Assembly (NCBI GenBank): GCA_021199795.1
Contig: JAJQHJ010000034.1
Coordinates: 27,270 to 91,269, forward strand
Source: Oscillospiraceae bacterium
GTDB taxonomy: Bacteria; Bacillota; Clostridia; Oscillospirales; Ruminococcaceae
DNA: 64,000 nucleotides
Direction: 5' to 3'
Shown here: positions 37,055 to 46,228 of the stretch, one piece after another
Position numbering within the stretch: position 1 is the stretch's first letter
How the letters are laid out: every line of letters begins with the position of its first letter
Notes under the pieces: generated by a model
Seen by the model: only the letters and a program-made list of their open reading frames with translations
Told to the model about the DNA's origin: nothing
Databases searched by the model: none
Program-made: the position numbers and the translations under genes

Positions 37055-37947
37055 GCGAATCGGTTATCTCAGTACAGCACCTGACAAAAGATTATGGGTA
37101 TAATCGTGGTCTGTTCGATATCTCCCTCGACATAAAAAAGGGCGAGGTTTTCGGATACCTAGGAACCAACGGCTCCGGCAAAACCACGACCATCCGCCAC
37201 ATGATGGGCTTTATCAAGCCTGATTCAGGCGAGGTGGACGTCAACGGCATCAACCCTTGGAAGAATGCCCCCGAGGTCATGCGAAACGTAAGCTATATTC
37301 CGGGCGAAATTGCTTTCCCGGACGTCAAGACAGGCACCGACTTCTTCAGAGTACAGGCAGAGTTCTTAGGTGTCAAGGACTTTTCATACATGAATTATCT
37401 TATCGATAAGCTCGGGCTTGATCCATCTGCAAACTTGAAGCGGATGAGCAAGGGCATGAAGCAGAAGACCGCTATAGTTGCAGCCCTCATGGGCGACAAG
37501 GAAATCCTCATTATGGATGAGCCGACAACAGGTCTCGACCCGCTGATGCGTGAGACATTTCTTGAGCTTGTCCGCGAGGAGAAGAAAAAGGGCAGAACGA
37601 TATTCATGTCCAGCCACATTTTCGAGGAAATTGAGGACGTCTGCGACCGTGTCGCAATCATCGGCAACGGCAAGATAGAAAGCGTTCTGAGCCTTTCAGA
37701 GCTGAGGCACGGCACCAAGCGAAACTACCGGATAGTTTTCGGAAATCCGCCATCAGCAAATAAATTTGCAGAGAGAATGCCTGAAGCGACTATGAACGGC
37801 AACGAGGCGAAAATAAGTCTTCTTGCAAACGAAACAGACAGAATGTTTAAAGCTCTCAGGAATCTGGAAGTGGTTTCGATTGATGAAAACCATGAGAACT
37901 TAGAGCAGTACTTCATGAATGTATATAGAGAGGAAACGAGAGAATGA
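37051..37947 (+). CDS. ABC transporter ATP-binding protein 2 (ABC-2 exporter type)
   Basis: GTNGSGKTT, MSKGMKQK, ILIMDEPTTGLD. Overlaps both neighbours by 4 nt. Confidence 0.9.
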   Translation: MSESVISVQHLTKDYGYNRGLFDISLDIKKGEVFGYLGTNGSGKTTTIRHMMGFIKPDSGEVDVNGINPWKNAPEVMRNVSYIPGEIAFPDVKTGTDFFRVQAEFLGVKDFSYMNYLIDKLGLDPSANLKRMSKGMKQKTAIVAALMGDKEILIMDEPTTGLDPLMRETFLELVREEKKKGRTIFMSSHIFEEIEDVCDRVAIIGNGKIESVLSLSELRHGTKRNYRIVFGNPPSANKFAERMPEATMNGNEAKISLLANETDRMFKALRNLEVVSIDENHENLEQYFMNVYREETRE

Positions 37948-39125
37948 AAGTAACAAAAGTATTTTCCGTACCGTTGTTCAAGCAGAGCCTCCGGGCAAAC
38001 AGGGTTCTTCTGATAGCCTGCACGGTGGTTCTGTGCCTGATGACAGTGGTCACGACCTATGCCGGAAACCTCATCGCTGGAACGGAATCGACTGATTATA
38101 CCGACGCCCAGACCGATTTCTACAGCCATCTGTACGTCCTGGCGGCATATAACGAAATGATTGGAACTGACTTAAGCTATGACGATTTCGCATCGACAGA
38201 TGACACCACCATGTATGAGACTGTGTTCGAGATGATGTCAGCTCAGTCGGATGAGCTCGACTTGTCGGTTGAGAAGTTCGCTGAGTCGGCTGATCTTCTC
38301 AAGGAATCGGACGTGGGACTGGATGTCTATATCACAAACTTCGAGTATGTCTACGCCTTGGGTGCCACCGAGGGTGTATTCACAGGCAATACCCTGGACG
38401 TAAGTACCATGATGACAAACATGTTTGAAATGATGGGAATGTCTTCTGACATGCTCAACACGATGACTGAAATGGACCCCTCGGCTATGCTCAACCAGAT
38501 GTACTTCACAATCATGTGTCTCTTACCAATTATACTATTCATCATCTTTGCCGGAAACGAACTTTTCGTCGACCAGGTCGACAAGGGCTCGATGGCTTAT
38601 GTTTTATCCACCCCGACAAAGAGAAGTGCTGTGGTCATCACTCAGCTTATATACATGATAGTCACGCCTCTCATAATGGTCGGTTGCGGGCTTATAGTAA
38701 GGCTTTTGACGACAAGAGCATTCACCGGTGAGGTGGACGTAGTGAAATACCTGGCTCTCTATGGCGGAATATATCTGCTGGCTGAGGCTATGGCAAGCAT
38801 CTGCTACCTTGCAAGCTGTGTATTCAACCTCAGCAGGAACGCACTTGGCTTGGGCGGTGGACTCAATGTATGGTTCTTCCTCTGCTCACTCTTAGGAATG
38901 TTCGGTTCCGAAACGATGGTCAGCATGGGAATTGGAGCAGAAATGCTCGGAGTCTTCAACAATCTGACTATTGTAGGGCTCTTTGATGCTGAAGCACTGG
39001 GAACCGTTGGTTCAGGTGCTGTTGATTATGCTTTCGTTCCGAAGCTTATAGCTTTGGCTGTTATAGCTGTGGTCTGCTACGCTATTGGCGCAGTCAGATT
39101 CCAGAAGAAAGATTTACCGTTATAA
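37944..39125 (+). CDS. ABC-2 family permease
   Basis: 393 aa. N-terminal TM helix, a large extracytoplasmic acidic loop, then multiple C-terminal TM helices. Translationally coupled to the ATPases. Confidence 0.7.
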   Translation: MKVTKVFSVPLFKQSLRANRVLLIACTVVLCLMTVVTTYAGNLIAGTESTDYTDAQTDFYSHLYVLAAYNEMIGTDLSYDDFASTDDTTMYETVFEMMSAQSDELDLSVEKFAESADLLKESDVGLDVYITNFEYVYALGATEGVFTGNTLDVSTMMTNMFEMMGMSSDMLNTMTEMDPSAMLNQMYFTIMCLLPIILFIIFAGNELFVDQVDKGSMAYVLSTPTKRSAVVITQLIYMIVTPLIMVGCGLIVRLLTTRAFTGEVDVVKYLALYGGIYLLAEAMASICYLASCVFNLSRNALGLGGGLNVWFFLCSLLGMFGSETMVSMGIGAEMLGVFNNLTIVGLFDAEALGTVGSGAVDYAFVPKLIALAVIAVVCYAIGAVRFQKKDLPL

Positions 39126-39166
39126 AAACATTTTGAAGCAAAAATTTTAAGGAGGAACGCCCATAT

Positions 39167-40963
39167 ATGCTTCATATTTTTGGGAATATGAAGACCAAGG
39201 ACAGGTGGCTCGCACTTCTGTGCGTGCTGCTTGTTTGCGGTCAGGTTTATTTTGACTTGCGTCTGCCCGATTACACCGCTGAAATCACGGTTTTAATCAG
39301 CAGTGAGGTGACCGAGCTGTCGCAATATTTCGTTGCCGGAGGAAAGATGCTTGCCTGTGCATTGTGCAGTGCTTTGCTGACGGTCATAGTCGGATATCTG
39401 TCTGCAATGATCGCAGCTGACTTCTCTTACGACGTAAGAGCAAAGCTCTTTGACAAGGTCACTTCTTTCGGACCCGGTGAGATAAAGAAGTTCTCGACCG
39501 CAAGTTTAATCACCCGTACCACCAACGATATAACCCAGATTCAGATGATAATCTCGATGGGACTTCAGATGCTCATCCGTGCACCCATCATGGCTGTCTG
39601 GGCGATAATCAAGATAGTCGGCAAGAGCTGGGAGCTCTCGGTTGTAGTTGCCTCGGCAGTTGTTATAGTTGTCGGTGCACTGATAGTTCTCTTGGCGATT
39701 ATGATTCCGAAATTCAGAATTGTCCAGAAGCAGATTGATGATGTCAACAGAATTACCGAAGAAAATCTTAATGGCATAAGAGTTGTCCGTGCTTTCAACG
39801 CCGAAGATTATCAGGAATCGAAATTCGACAAGGCGAATACAAACCTCATGAAAACCCAGCTGTTCACAGGCAGAGGAATGGCGGTTCTTTCGCCTATCAT
39901 GATGTTCGTGCAGAGCGGCGTCAGCGTTGCAATCTACTATGTAGGCGCGATTCTCATCAACAATATTGAGGTTCCGCTGAGTGGAACTGCCGCTGAGATA
40001 GCGACTGCAATTTCGGAGAGGTCAACAATGCTCGGCGAGGTCGTTTCGTTCAGCTCGTATGCACTCTATGTCATCATGTCGTTCGTAATGTTACTCATGA
40101 TATTCATGCTCCTTCCACGTGCACAGGTTTCCGCCCAGAGAATTAATGAGGTTCTGGATTCGGATATCGCCGTCAAAGAGGGCAACGAAACAGATTCAAC
40201 CGAAACCGGAACTATCGAATTCAAGGATGTTTCATTCCGCTATCCTGATGCCTCTGAGGATTGCCTCAAGCACATCACATTCTCGGCTAAGAAAGGCGAG
40301 ACGGTCGCATTCATAGGTGCCACCGGTTCAGGAAAATCGACACTCGGTGGGCTTGCCGCAAGGCTTTATGATGCCACTTCGGGAACGGTTCTTCTCGATG
40401 GCAAGGAAATCTCGAAATATGACTTTGAGACGCTCTATAAGAAAGTCGGATATATACCCCAGAAAGCAACTCTCTTTGCAGACACCGTTGAGGGCAACCT
40501 TAAGTTCGGCTCTACGAGAAACAACATAACCTATGAGGAAATGGAAAACGCCATGGATATCGCCCAGGCTTCCAACTTCGTCCACGCAATGGATGACGAC
40601 GTGAATAGCAGAATTGCCGCAGGCGGCTCGAATGTATCAGGCGGTCAGAAGCAGCGTCTTTCCATCGCCAGAGCAGTTGCCGGAAAGCCGGAAATTCTCA
40701 TCTTCGACGATTCATTCTCGGCTCTTGACTATAAGACCGATCGTGCACTCCGTCAGAGAATCAAGACCGACCTTAAAGACACAACCTGCCTCATCGTCGC
40801 CCAGAGAATCGGAACCATCCGCCATGCCGACAGGATTGTCGTCCTCGATGATGGCAAAATTGCAGGCATCGGCACTCATGACGAACTCATGAATAATTGT
40901 CCGGTTTATCAGCAGATAGCTTTGTCCCAGCTCTCGGAAGACGAGCTTGCGGCAAATGAATAA
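39167..40963 (+). CDS. ABC exporter half-transporter (TMD-NBD), degenerate-site subunit
   Basis: 598 aa. GATGSGKST, VSGGQKQRLSIAR. Walker B is ILIFDDSFSALD, with Asp in place of the catalytic Glu. Confidence 0.9.
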   Translation: MLHIFGNMKTKDRWLALLCVLLVCGQVYFDLRLPDYTAEITVLISSEVTELSQYFVAGGKMLACALCSALLTVIVGYLSAMIAADFSYDVRAKLFDKVTSFGPGEIKKFSTASLITRTTNDITQIQMIISMGLQMLIRAPIMAVWAIIKIVGKSWELSVVVASAVVIVVGALIVLLAIMIPKFRIVQKQIDDVNRITEENLNGIRVVRAFNAEDYQESKFDKANTNLMKTQLFTGRGMAVLSPIMMFVQSGVSVAIYYVGAILINNIEVPLSGTAAEIATAISERSTMLGEVVSFSSYALYVIMSFVMLLMIFMLLPRAQVSAQRINEVLDSDIAVKEGNETDSTETGTIEFKDVSFRYPDASEDCLKHITFSAKKGETVAFIGATGSGKSTLGGLAARLYDATSGTVLLDGKEISKYDFETLYKKVGYIPQKATLFADTVEGNLKFGSTRNNITYEEMENAMDIAQASNFVHAMDDDVNSRIAAGGSNVSGGQKQRLSIARAVAGKPEILIFDDSFSALDYKTDRALRQRIKTDLKDTTCLIVAQRIGTIRHADRIVVLDDGKIAGIGTHDELMNNCPVYQQIALSQLSEDELAANE

Positions 40964-40977
40964 GGAGGTGACTGATT

Positions 40978-42798
40978 ATGCCACAAAGTAATTCAAGACC
41001 TATGCGTGGACCCGGAGGCAGAGGTGCCCGTGACACAAGACGCGCCAAGGATACAAAAGGAGCACTTTTGGGGCTTCTCAAATACATCAGCAACAAGACG
41101 GGAATCATAGTTTTCGCACTCGTTCTTGCCACCGCAGGTGCGGTATTGACGATTATAGGACCCAACCAGATAAGCAGGCTGACGGACTATATCTATGACG
41201 GCTTGACGACTTCGATAGATATGGACGGAGTTTTAGGTGTTGCACTCCTGCTTTTGGGAATCTATCTTGCAAGTGCACTATTCAGCTTTTTGCAGCACTA
41301 TATCATGCAGACTGTCACACAGAGAACTTCAAAGAGGCTCCGTGGGGATATCAGCACGAAGATTAACAGACTTCCGCTCAAGTACTTCTCGGGAAATGCC
41401 GCAGGCGACGTTCTCTCAAGGATGACAAACGACGTCGACATGATAGGTCAGGCTATGTCCAACAGCCTTTCAAATCTTGTCACAGCAATCGCCCAGTTCA
41501 TCGGCTGCCTCATCATGATGTACTACACCAACTGGATTATGGCGACCACGACGGTTTTAGCGACTATCGTCGGACTTATCTGCATGGTTGTTGTCATGAG
41601 CCGGTCTCAGAAATACTTCACTGCAAGGCAGGAGAACCTCGGCATCCTCAACGGCTACATTGAAGAAATGTATACCGGTCACGATGTCATCAGAATCCTG
41701 AACGCCGAGGGCGAGGTCAAGGACACGTTCACTTCGATGAACAAGGCTGTCAAGAACGCCAACTTCCGCTCGCAGTTCCTCTCCGGACTCATGCAGCCCA
41801 TCATGACGTTCATCGGCAACTTCAGCTATGTCGCTGTATGCGTTGTCGGTGCGGCTCAGATTATCAACGGCAACATCACTTTTGGCGTTATCACCGCTTT
41901 CCTCATCTACACAAGGCTCTTTGAGTCTCCTCTCCGCCAGATTTCTCAGGCTATGACTCAGGTTCAGTCCTGCGCCGCGGCTTCGGAAAGAGTATTTGAA
42001 TTCCTGGCAGAGGACGAAATGGAGGACGAATCCTCGAAGACTGAGAAGATTGAGAACGTCAGGGGCGAAGTCGAGTTTAAGAATGTTAAGTTCGCTTACC
42101 CGAATGCTCCCGAAAAGGAGATTATCCATGATTTCAGTGTGAAAGTCGAGCCAGGGCAAAAGGTTGCAATCGTCGGACCCACGGGTGCCGGCAAGACGAC
42201 TATGGTCAACCTGCTGATGCGCTTCTTCGAGCCCACCGGCGGCGAGATTCTAATAGATGGAGTTCCGACTCAGAATGTCCCGAGATCCAACGTCCACAGC
42301 CAGTTCGGAATGGTTTTGCAGGACACATGGCTGTTTGAGGGAACCGTAAGAGAGAACCTTCTCTACAACACCGAGGGCGCGTCTGATGAGCAGATGAAAG
42401 CGGCTTGCAAGGCTTGCGGAATCCACAGCTTTATCAAGGCACTTCCGAACGGCTACGATTCAGTTCTAAGTGATAACACGGCGATTTCCGCCGGTCAGAA
42501 GCAGCTTCTGACTATCGCCAGGGCAATGATCCAGAACAGCCCTATGCTCATCCTGGATGAAGCGACTTCGAGCGTTGACACCAAGACGGAAATGATCACC
42601 CAGGAAACGATGGATAAGCTGACCGACAAGAGAACGAGCTTCGTCATCGCCCACCGTCTGTCTACTATCAAGAATGCCGACATAATCCTCGTCATGCGTG
42701 ACGGCGACATTGTCGAGCAAGGAACGCACGAGGAGCTTCTTAAGCAAGGCGGCTTTTATGCCGAGCTGTATAACAGCCAGTTTGAAGAGGTGGCATGA
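40978..42798 (+). CDS. ABC exporter half-transporter (TMD-NBD), consensus-site subunit
   Basis: 606 aa. GPTGAGKTT, Walker B MLILDEATSSVD, non-canonical signature ISAGQKQLLTIAR. This asymmetry is that of heterodimeric exporters of the BmrCD/LmrCD/TM287-288 type. Confidence 0.9.
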   Translation: MPQSNSRPMRGPGGRGARDTRRAKDTKGALLGLLKYISNKTGIIVFALVLATAGAVLTIIGPNQISRLTDYIYDGLTTSIDMDGVLGVALLLLGIYLASALFSFLQHYIMQTVTQRTSKRLRGDISTKINRLPLKYFSGNAAGDVLSRMTNDVDMIGQAMSNSLSNLVTAIAQFIGCLIMMYYTNWIMATTTVLATIVGLICMVVVMSRSQKYFTARQENLGILNGYIEEMYTGHDVIRILNAEGEVKDTFTSMNKAVKNANFRSQFLSGLMQPIMTFIGNFSYVAVCVVGAAQIINGNITFGVITAFLIYTRLFESPLRQISQAMTQVQSCAAASERVFEFLAEDEMEDESSKTEKIENVRGEVEFKNVKFAYPNAPEKEIIHDFSVKVEPGQKVAIVGPTGAGKTTMVNLLMRFFEPTGGEILIDGVPTQNVPRSNVHSQFGMVLQDTWLFEGTVRENLLYNTEGASDEQMKAACKACGIHSFIKALPNGYDSVLSDNTAISAGQKQLLTIARAMIQNSPMLILDEATSSVDTKTEMITQETMDKLTDKRTSFVIAHRLSTIKNADIILVMRDGDIVEQGTHEELLKQGGFYAELYNSQFEEVA

Positions 42799-42835
42799 GA
42801 CGGTAACAGAACTGTCACATACACACAACAAAAAA

Positions 42836-42860
42836 GAAGCACCCGAAAGGGTGCTTCTTT
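42836..42860. terminator. bidirectional intrinsic terminator (ABC operon / tRNA-Leu)
   Basis: GAAGCACCC-GAAA-GGGTGCTTC stem, flanked by AAAAAA on the left and TTTGG on the right. Confidence 0.7.
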
Positions 42861-42888
42861 GGTAGCTCGCTTCGCGAGCTACTGCTAC

Positions 42889-42975
42889 TGGTGCAGGTAA
42901 CAGGACTTGAACCTGCATGAAATTGCTCTCACATGGACCTGAACCATGCGCGTCTGCCAATTCCGCCATACCTGC
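42889..42975 (-). tRNA. tRNA-Leu (anticodon CAG), CCA encoded
   Basis: The rc reads GCAGGTA-TG-GCGGAATTGGCAGACGC-G-CATGG-TTCAGGT-CCATG-long variable arm-GCAGG-TTCAAGT-CCTGT-TACCTGC-A-CCA. 87 nt, class II cloverleaf. Confidence 0.93.
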
Positions 42976-43120
42976 ATATTTTGTGCGAAGCTCTCGCCTC
43001 AGCTCAACTATTTTACCACAACTGCGCCGATTTGTAAAGAGGTTTATGGACGAAATTTTTGTATAATGCACCTCTCGGACGGGTGTTTGTGAATTTTGCA
43101 AAAATATTTTGAACTGGTAC

Positions 43121-43149
43121 TTGATTTGTTGTGAGGTTTATGATATAAT
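43121..43149 (+). promoter_or_regulatory. sigma-A promoter with extended -10 (TTGATT-17-TGaTATAAT)
   Basis: TTGATT at 43121-43126, TG at 43141-43142, TATAAT at 43144-43149. No CDS follows before the terminator-like hairpin at 43256-43306. Confidence 0.45.
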
Positions 43150-43155
43150 AAAAAA

Positions 43156-43306
43156 TGTGGCTTTAAAAGCTCCACATTTGGCAATGACGATTTCCATATC
43201 TGCCTTTGTCAGGAAAATTATTTTTGATAGTTTCGCACTTATTTTATTCTCTTAGGACTCCCTGATCTTTTTAGTCGTTTTGTCAGTCGGGGAGTCTGCC
43301 TTTTTT
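43156..43306 (+). ncRNA. candidate ~150-nt sRNA (unclassified)
   Basis: Lies between the promoter above and the hairpin GACTCCC...GGGAGTC (43256-43296) followed by TGCCTTTTTT. A 5' hairpin ATGTGGCTTT-A-AAAGCTCCACAT is present. The only ORF (23 codons from 43184) has no SD. Confidence 0.3.
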
Positions 43307-43309
43307 ATG

Positions 43310-43338
43310 TTGCATTTTTGTGCAATTTGTGGTATAAT
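43310..43338 (+). promoter_or_regulatory. sigma-A promoter with extended -10 (TTGCAT-17-TGgTATAAT)
   Basis: TTGCAT at 43310-43315, TATAAT at 43333-43338, preceded by TGg. Upstream of the HAD gene. Confidence 0.55.
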
Positions 43339-43361
43339 GGTCTCGCACAAAACCGAAAGGC

Positions 43362-44006
43362 TTGATAAAAATGATAAAAGCTGTTCTTTTTGACCTTGAT
43401 GGCACGCTTTGGGACGCTTCTGCGAGTGTCGCCGAAAGCTTTAATATAGCCCTTTCCCGGCTGGATTTGCCGAGAAGAATCACCCAGGACGAAATGATGC
43501 ACGAAATGGGGAAGACTCTTGAAGAGATTGCGCACGTCTATTTTGACTGCATCGACCCCGAACGGGCTGTCGGCATCATGCGCTACTGCACAGCTTACGA
43601 GAATTCCTATATCGAGACCCACGGCGGCAACACTTATGACGGTCTTCGGGAGACCTTGGAGAAGCTTCGTGAAATGGGGCTGATGATTGCCTGCGTCTCA
43701 AACTGCCAGTCGGGATATATCGAGGCGTTCATGAAGTACCACGAGCTAGGCGACCTCTTCGATGACAAAGAATGTTGGGGCGACACAGGTCTTATGAAAG
43801 CCGATAATATTTCCCTCGTTGTAAAAAGAAACGGGCTCAAGCCCGAAGAATGCATATATGTTGGCGACACTATGGGCGACTATAACTCCGCCAAAGCCGC
43901 CGGAACGAACTTCATCCATAGTGCATATGGCTATGGCAATGTCCCTGACGGGACGGAGAGTATAGCCGCCATAACTGAGCTGCCGGAAAAGATAAAAAAT
44001 TTTTGA
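43362..44006 (+). CDS. HAD-superfamily hydrolase (phosphoglycolate phosphatase-like)
   Basis: KAVLFDLDGTLWD (DxDGT motif I) and YVGDTMGDYNSAKAAG (motif IV). The start may be ATG 43371. Confidence 0.85.
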   Translation: MIKMIKAVLFDLDGTLWDASASVAESFNIALSRLDLPRRITQDEMMHEMGKTLEEIAHVYFDCIDPERAVGIMRYCTAYENSYIETHGGNTYDGLRETLEKLREMGLMIACVSNCQSGYIEAFMKYHELGDLFDDKECWGDTGLMKADNISLVVKRNGLKPEECIYVGDTMGDYNSAKAAGTNFIHSAYGYGNVPDGTESIAAITELPEKIKNF

Positions 44007-44072
44007 ATTTCCGCAATAATTTCTCCCTCAGATTTGTATTACTGATAGAATACTCTAAAAGGAGAGATTATC

Positions 44073-45449
44073 ATGAAAAGACTTACAGCTTTACTTACGG
44101 CATTTGTTATGGGAGCAATGATGCTCTGCGGATGCGGAAACACTGCGGAGGAGGATCCAATTGTGAGCAACGATTCAGCGGTGACTTCTGCACCGGTTAC
44201 GGAGCTGGAAGCAGAAACTACCGAAGCTACAACATCTGTTGCCGTGGACACAGCACCGGTTGACACAGAAGCAACGACAGAAGCCACCACAACGGCAGCG
44301 GAGGCTTCAACCACGCTTCCTGCCGACAGCGCAATCAATTACTCGTCTCATACCGACGATGAAGTCGTGCAGAAATTTGCTTTCAACATCTTCTCGGAAG
44401 TAGTGGAGGGCGGCGAAAACAGCGTATTCTCGCCCTTGTCGGCTTATTACGCCTTGGGAATGCTCTCTTTGGGAGCTACCGACGAATCGGCTGAGGAACT
44501 GCAGGGACTTTTTGGCATGACAGCTGAGGAAGCGGCAGCATGGTGCTCAGAAATCATGCAGGAGTATGCAGCACTTTCTGATGACTCGACAACAGTTTTG
44601 AGCGTATCGAACGGCGTATTTATCGACGACAGGATGGAACTTGTTGACGGCAGTGACTTCACTTTCTCGAATCTTGAGAAATATTATGAAGCCGAGTGCA
44701 AGACGATGCGCCTTTCGACCGATGCAACTCGCGAATACATCAACAGCTGGATTTCTTCGAGCACCGACGGCTTGATTCCGAGCCTTTTAAGCGAAAACTT
44801 GGACGACCAGACGGTGATGGTGCTTATCAATGCACTTCTCTTGGATGCTGAGTGGGCGAATCCGTTTGACTTCTTCGGAAGCTACTACACAACCGACTTC
44901 ACCACTTCTTCGGGCGAGATTGTCCAGGCTGAGTACTTCGGAGACGAGAGAAACTTTGACTACATCAAGTACGACGGCGTGACCGGCATTATCATGGACT
45001 ATGCCGATGGCAGGCTCAAATATGTGGCTCTCATGCCAGATGACGGCGATATTGACGGCTTTATTGATAGTTTGACCGCAGAGAGGTTCAACGAGCTTCT
45101 CAGTAACGTTCAGAACGGCTTGTGCAATATGCACATTCCGAGATATAAGATTGAAGCGGAAATGGAGCTCGACGAAGCATTGACGGCTCTTGGTCTGGGC
45201 GCAGTTTATTCCGGTGGCTTCGACAATTTCGGGGAGGGAATATTCTTAAGCAAGACCATCCAGAAAGCGGCTATTGAAGTTGATGTCTGGGGAACCAAGG
45301 CGGCGGCTGTCACGGCGGAGGTAATGTTCGGTGCGGCGTTAACCTATCCCGAGGTTATCGAGTTTAACCAAAGCTTCTTCTATGCCGTCTATGACAGCGA
45401 GACGGGAGTGCCGCTCTTTATGGGAGTGGTGGATAATCCCACAGAATAA
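44073..45449 (+). CDS. lipoprotein serpin (serine protease inhibitor family)
   Basis: Lipobox LCGCGN. Thr/Glu/Ala linker. FSPLSAYYALGMLSLGA. Hinge/RCL GTKAAAVTAEVMFGAAL. C-terminus FNQSFFYAVYD...PLFMGVVDNP. Confidence 0.85.
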   Translation: MKRLTALLTAFVMGAMMLCGCGNTAEEDPIVSNDSAVTSAPVTELEAETTEATTSVAVDTAPVDTEATTEATTTAAEASTTLPADSAINYSSHTDDEVVQKFAFNIFSEVVEGGENSVFSPLSAYYALGMLSLGATDESAEELQGLFGMTAEEAAAWCSEIMQEYAALSDDSTTVLSVSNGVFIDDRMELVDGSDFTFSNLEKYYEAECKTMRLSTDATREYINSWISSSTDGLIPSLLSENLDDQTVMVLINALLLDAEWANPFDFFGSYYTTDFTTSSGEIVQAEYFGDERNFDYIKYDGVTGIIMDYADGRLKYVALMPDDGDIDGFIDSLTAERFNELLSNVQNGLCNMHIPRYKIEAEMELDEALTALGLGAVYSGGFDNFGEGIFLSKTIQKAAIEVDVWGTKAAAVTAEVMFGAALTYPEVIEFNQSFFYAVYDSETGVPLFMGVVDNPTE

Positions 45450-45524
45450 GAGAAAATCGGAGGTACAATTTTTGGGAAGTTGGAACGCCGTTTTCATAAA
45501 ATCCAAACAGAAAGGATGACGATT

Positions 45525-46142
45525 ATGAAGATAATAACCGTTAGCAGAGAATTCGGCAGCGGCGGAAGAGAGGTCGGCAAGCGTCTTGCAGACGAGCTGG
45601 GCTTTGCCTACTATGACAGAGAGATTATAACGGCGATTGCCGAGAAGAGCTCTTTTGACGAGGAGTATGTCGAGAGAGCCGTTGAGGGCGGGATGAGGTT
45701 CAACTATCCCATGACCATTTCGCACACATTTTCCTATATTCCGTCTATCAGCACTGTAACTCCGAACCTTATCTCCCATCAGCATGAAGTGATTGAGGAG
45801 CTAGCCGCCAAGGGCAACTGCGTAATAGTCGGACGCGGTGCGGACGTTATCCTTGAGGATAAGAATCCGTTTAAGCTGTTTGTCTATGCCGAAATGAGCG
45901 AGAAGCTGGCTCGTTGCCGCTCCCGTGCCCACGCTGGTGAAGACATGAGCGACAAGGCACTTGAGCGTTCCATCAAGAAGATTGATAAGGATAGAGCTTC
46001 CAGCCACGGCGTCCTGGCGAAATACCCCTGGGGCGACAGAAGAGGCTACAACCTCTGCCTTAACACAACAGGCATAGATGTAGCCACAGCAATCCCGCAT
46101 ATCGCGGCGTATATTGAGAATTGGTTTGGGCATCAGGCGTAA
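45525..46142 (+). CDS. cytidylate-kinase-like family P-loop protein
   Basis: Start moved to ATG 45525 (MKIITVSREFGSGGREVGKRLADELGFAYYDREI). Confidence 0.7.
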   Translation: MKIITVSREFGSGGREVGKRLADELGFAYYDREIITAIAEKSSFDEEYVERAVEGGMRFNYPMTISHTFSYIPSISTVTPNLISHQHEVIEELAAKGNCVIVGRGADVILEDKNPFKLFVYAEMSEKLARCRSRAHAGEDMSDKALERSIKKIDKDRASSHGVLAKYPWGDRRGYNLCLNTTGIDVATAIPHIAAYIENWFGHQA

Positions 46143-46188
46143 ACCCCTCAGTCACGCTTCGCGTGCCAGCTCCCCTTTCAGGGGAGCC
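46143..46188 (+). repeat. double-hairpin post-gene element, copy B (also an intrinsic terminator)
   Basis: ACCCCTCAGTCA, then CACGC-TTC-GCGTG, then CAGCTCCCC-TTTCA-GGGGAGC, followed by CTTTTT. Starts directly after the stop codon. Confidence 0.65.
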
Positions 46189-46228
46189 TTTTTCTGCTCC
46201 TTTACAAGCTTTTGAGAGAACAAAAATA

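Noticed and set aside
42466-43101. 211-aa minus-strand ORF
   Set aside because: It runs antisense through the ABC gene's 3' end, both terminator hairpins and the tRNA-Leu gene. The segment AELADAHGSGPCE is simply the translated tRNA. Not a gene.
42889-43360. tRNA-Leu as an integration site of a genomic island
   Set aside because: There is no integrase, excisionase, direct repeat of the tRNA 3' end, or phage/ICE gene on either side within the window.
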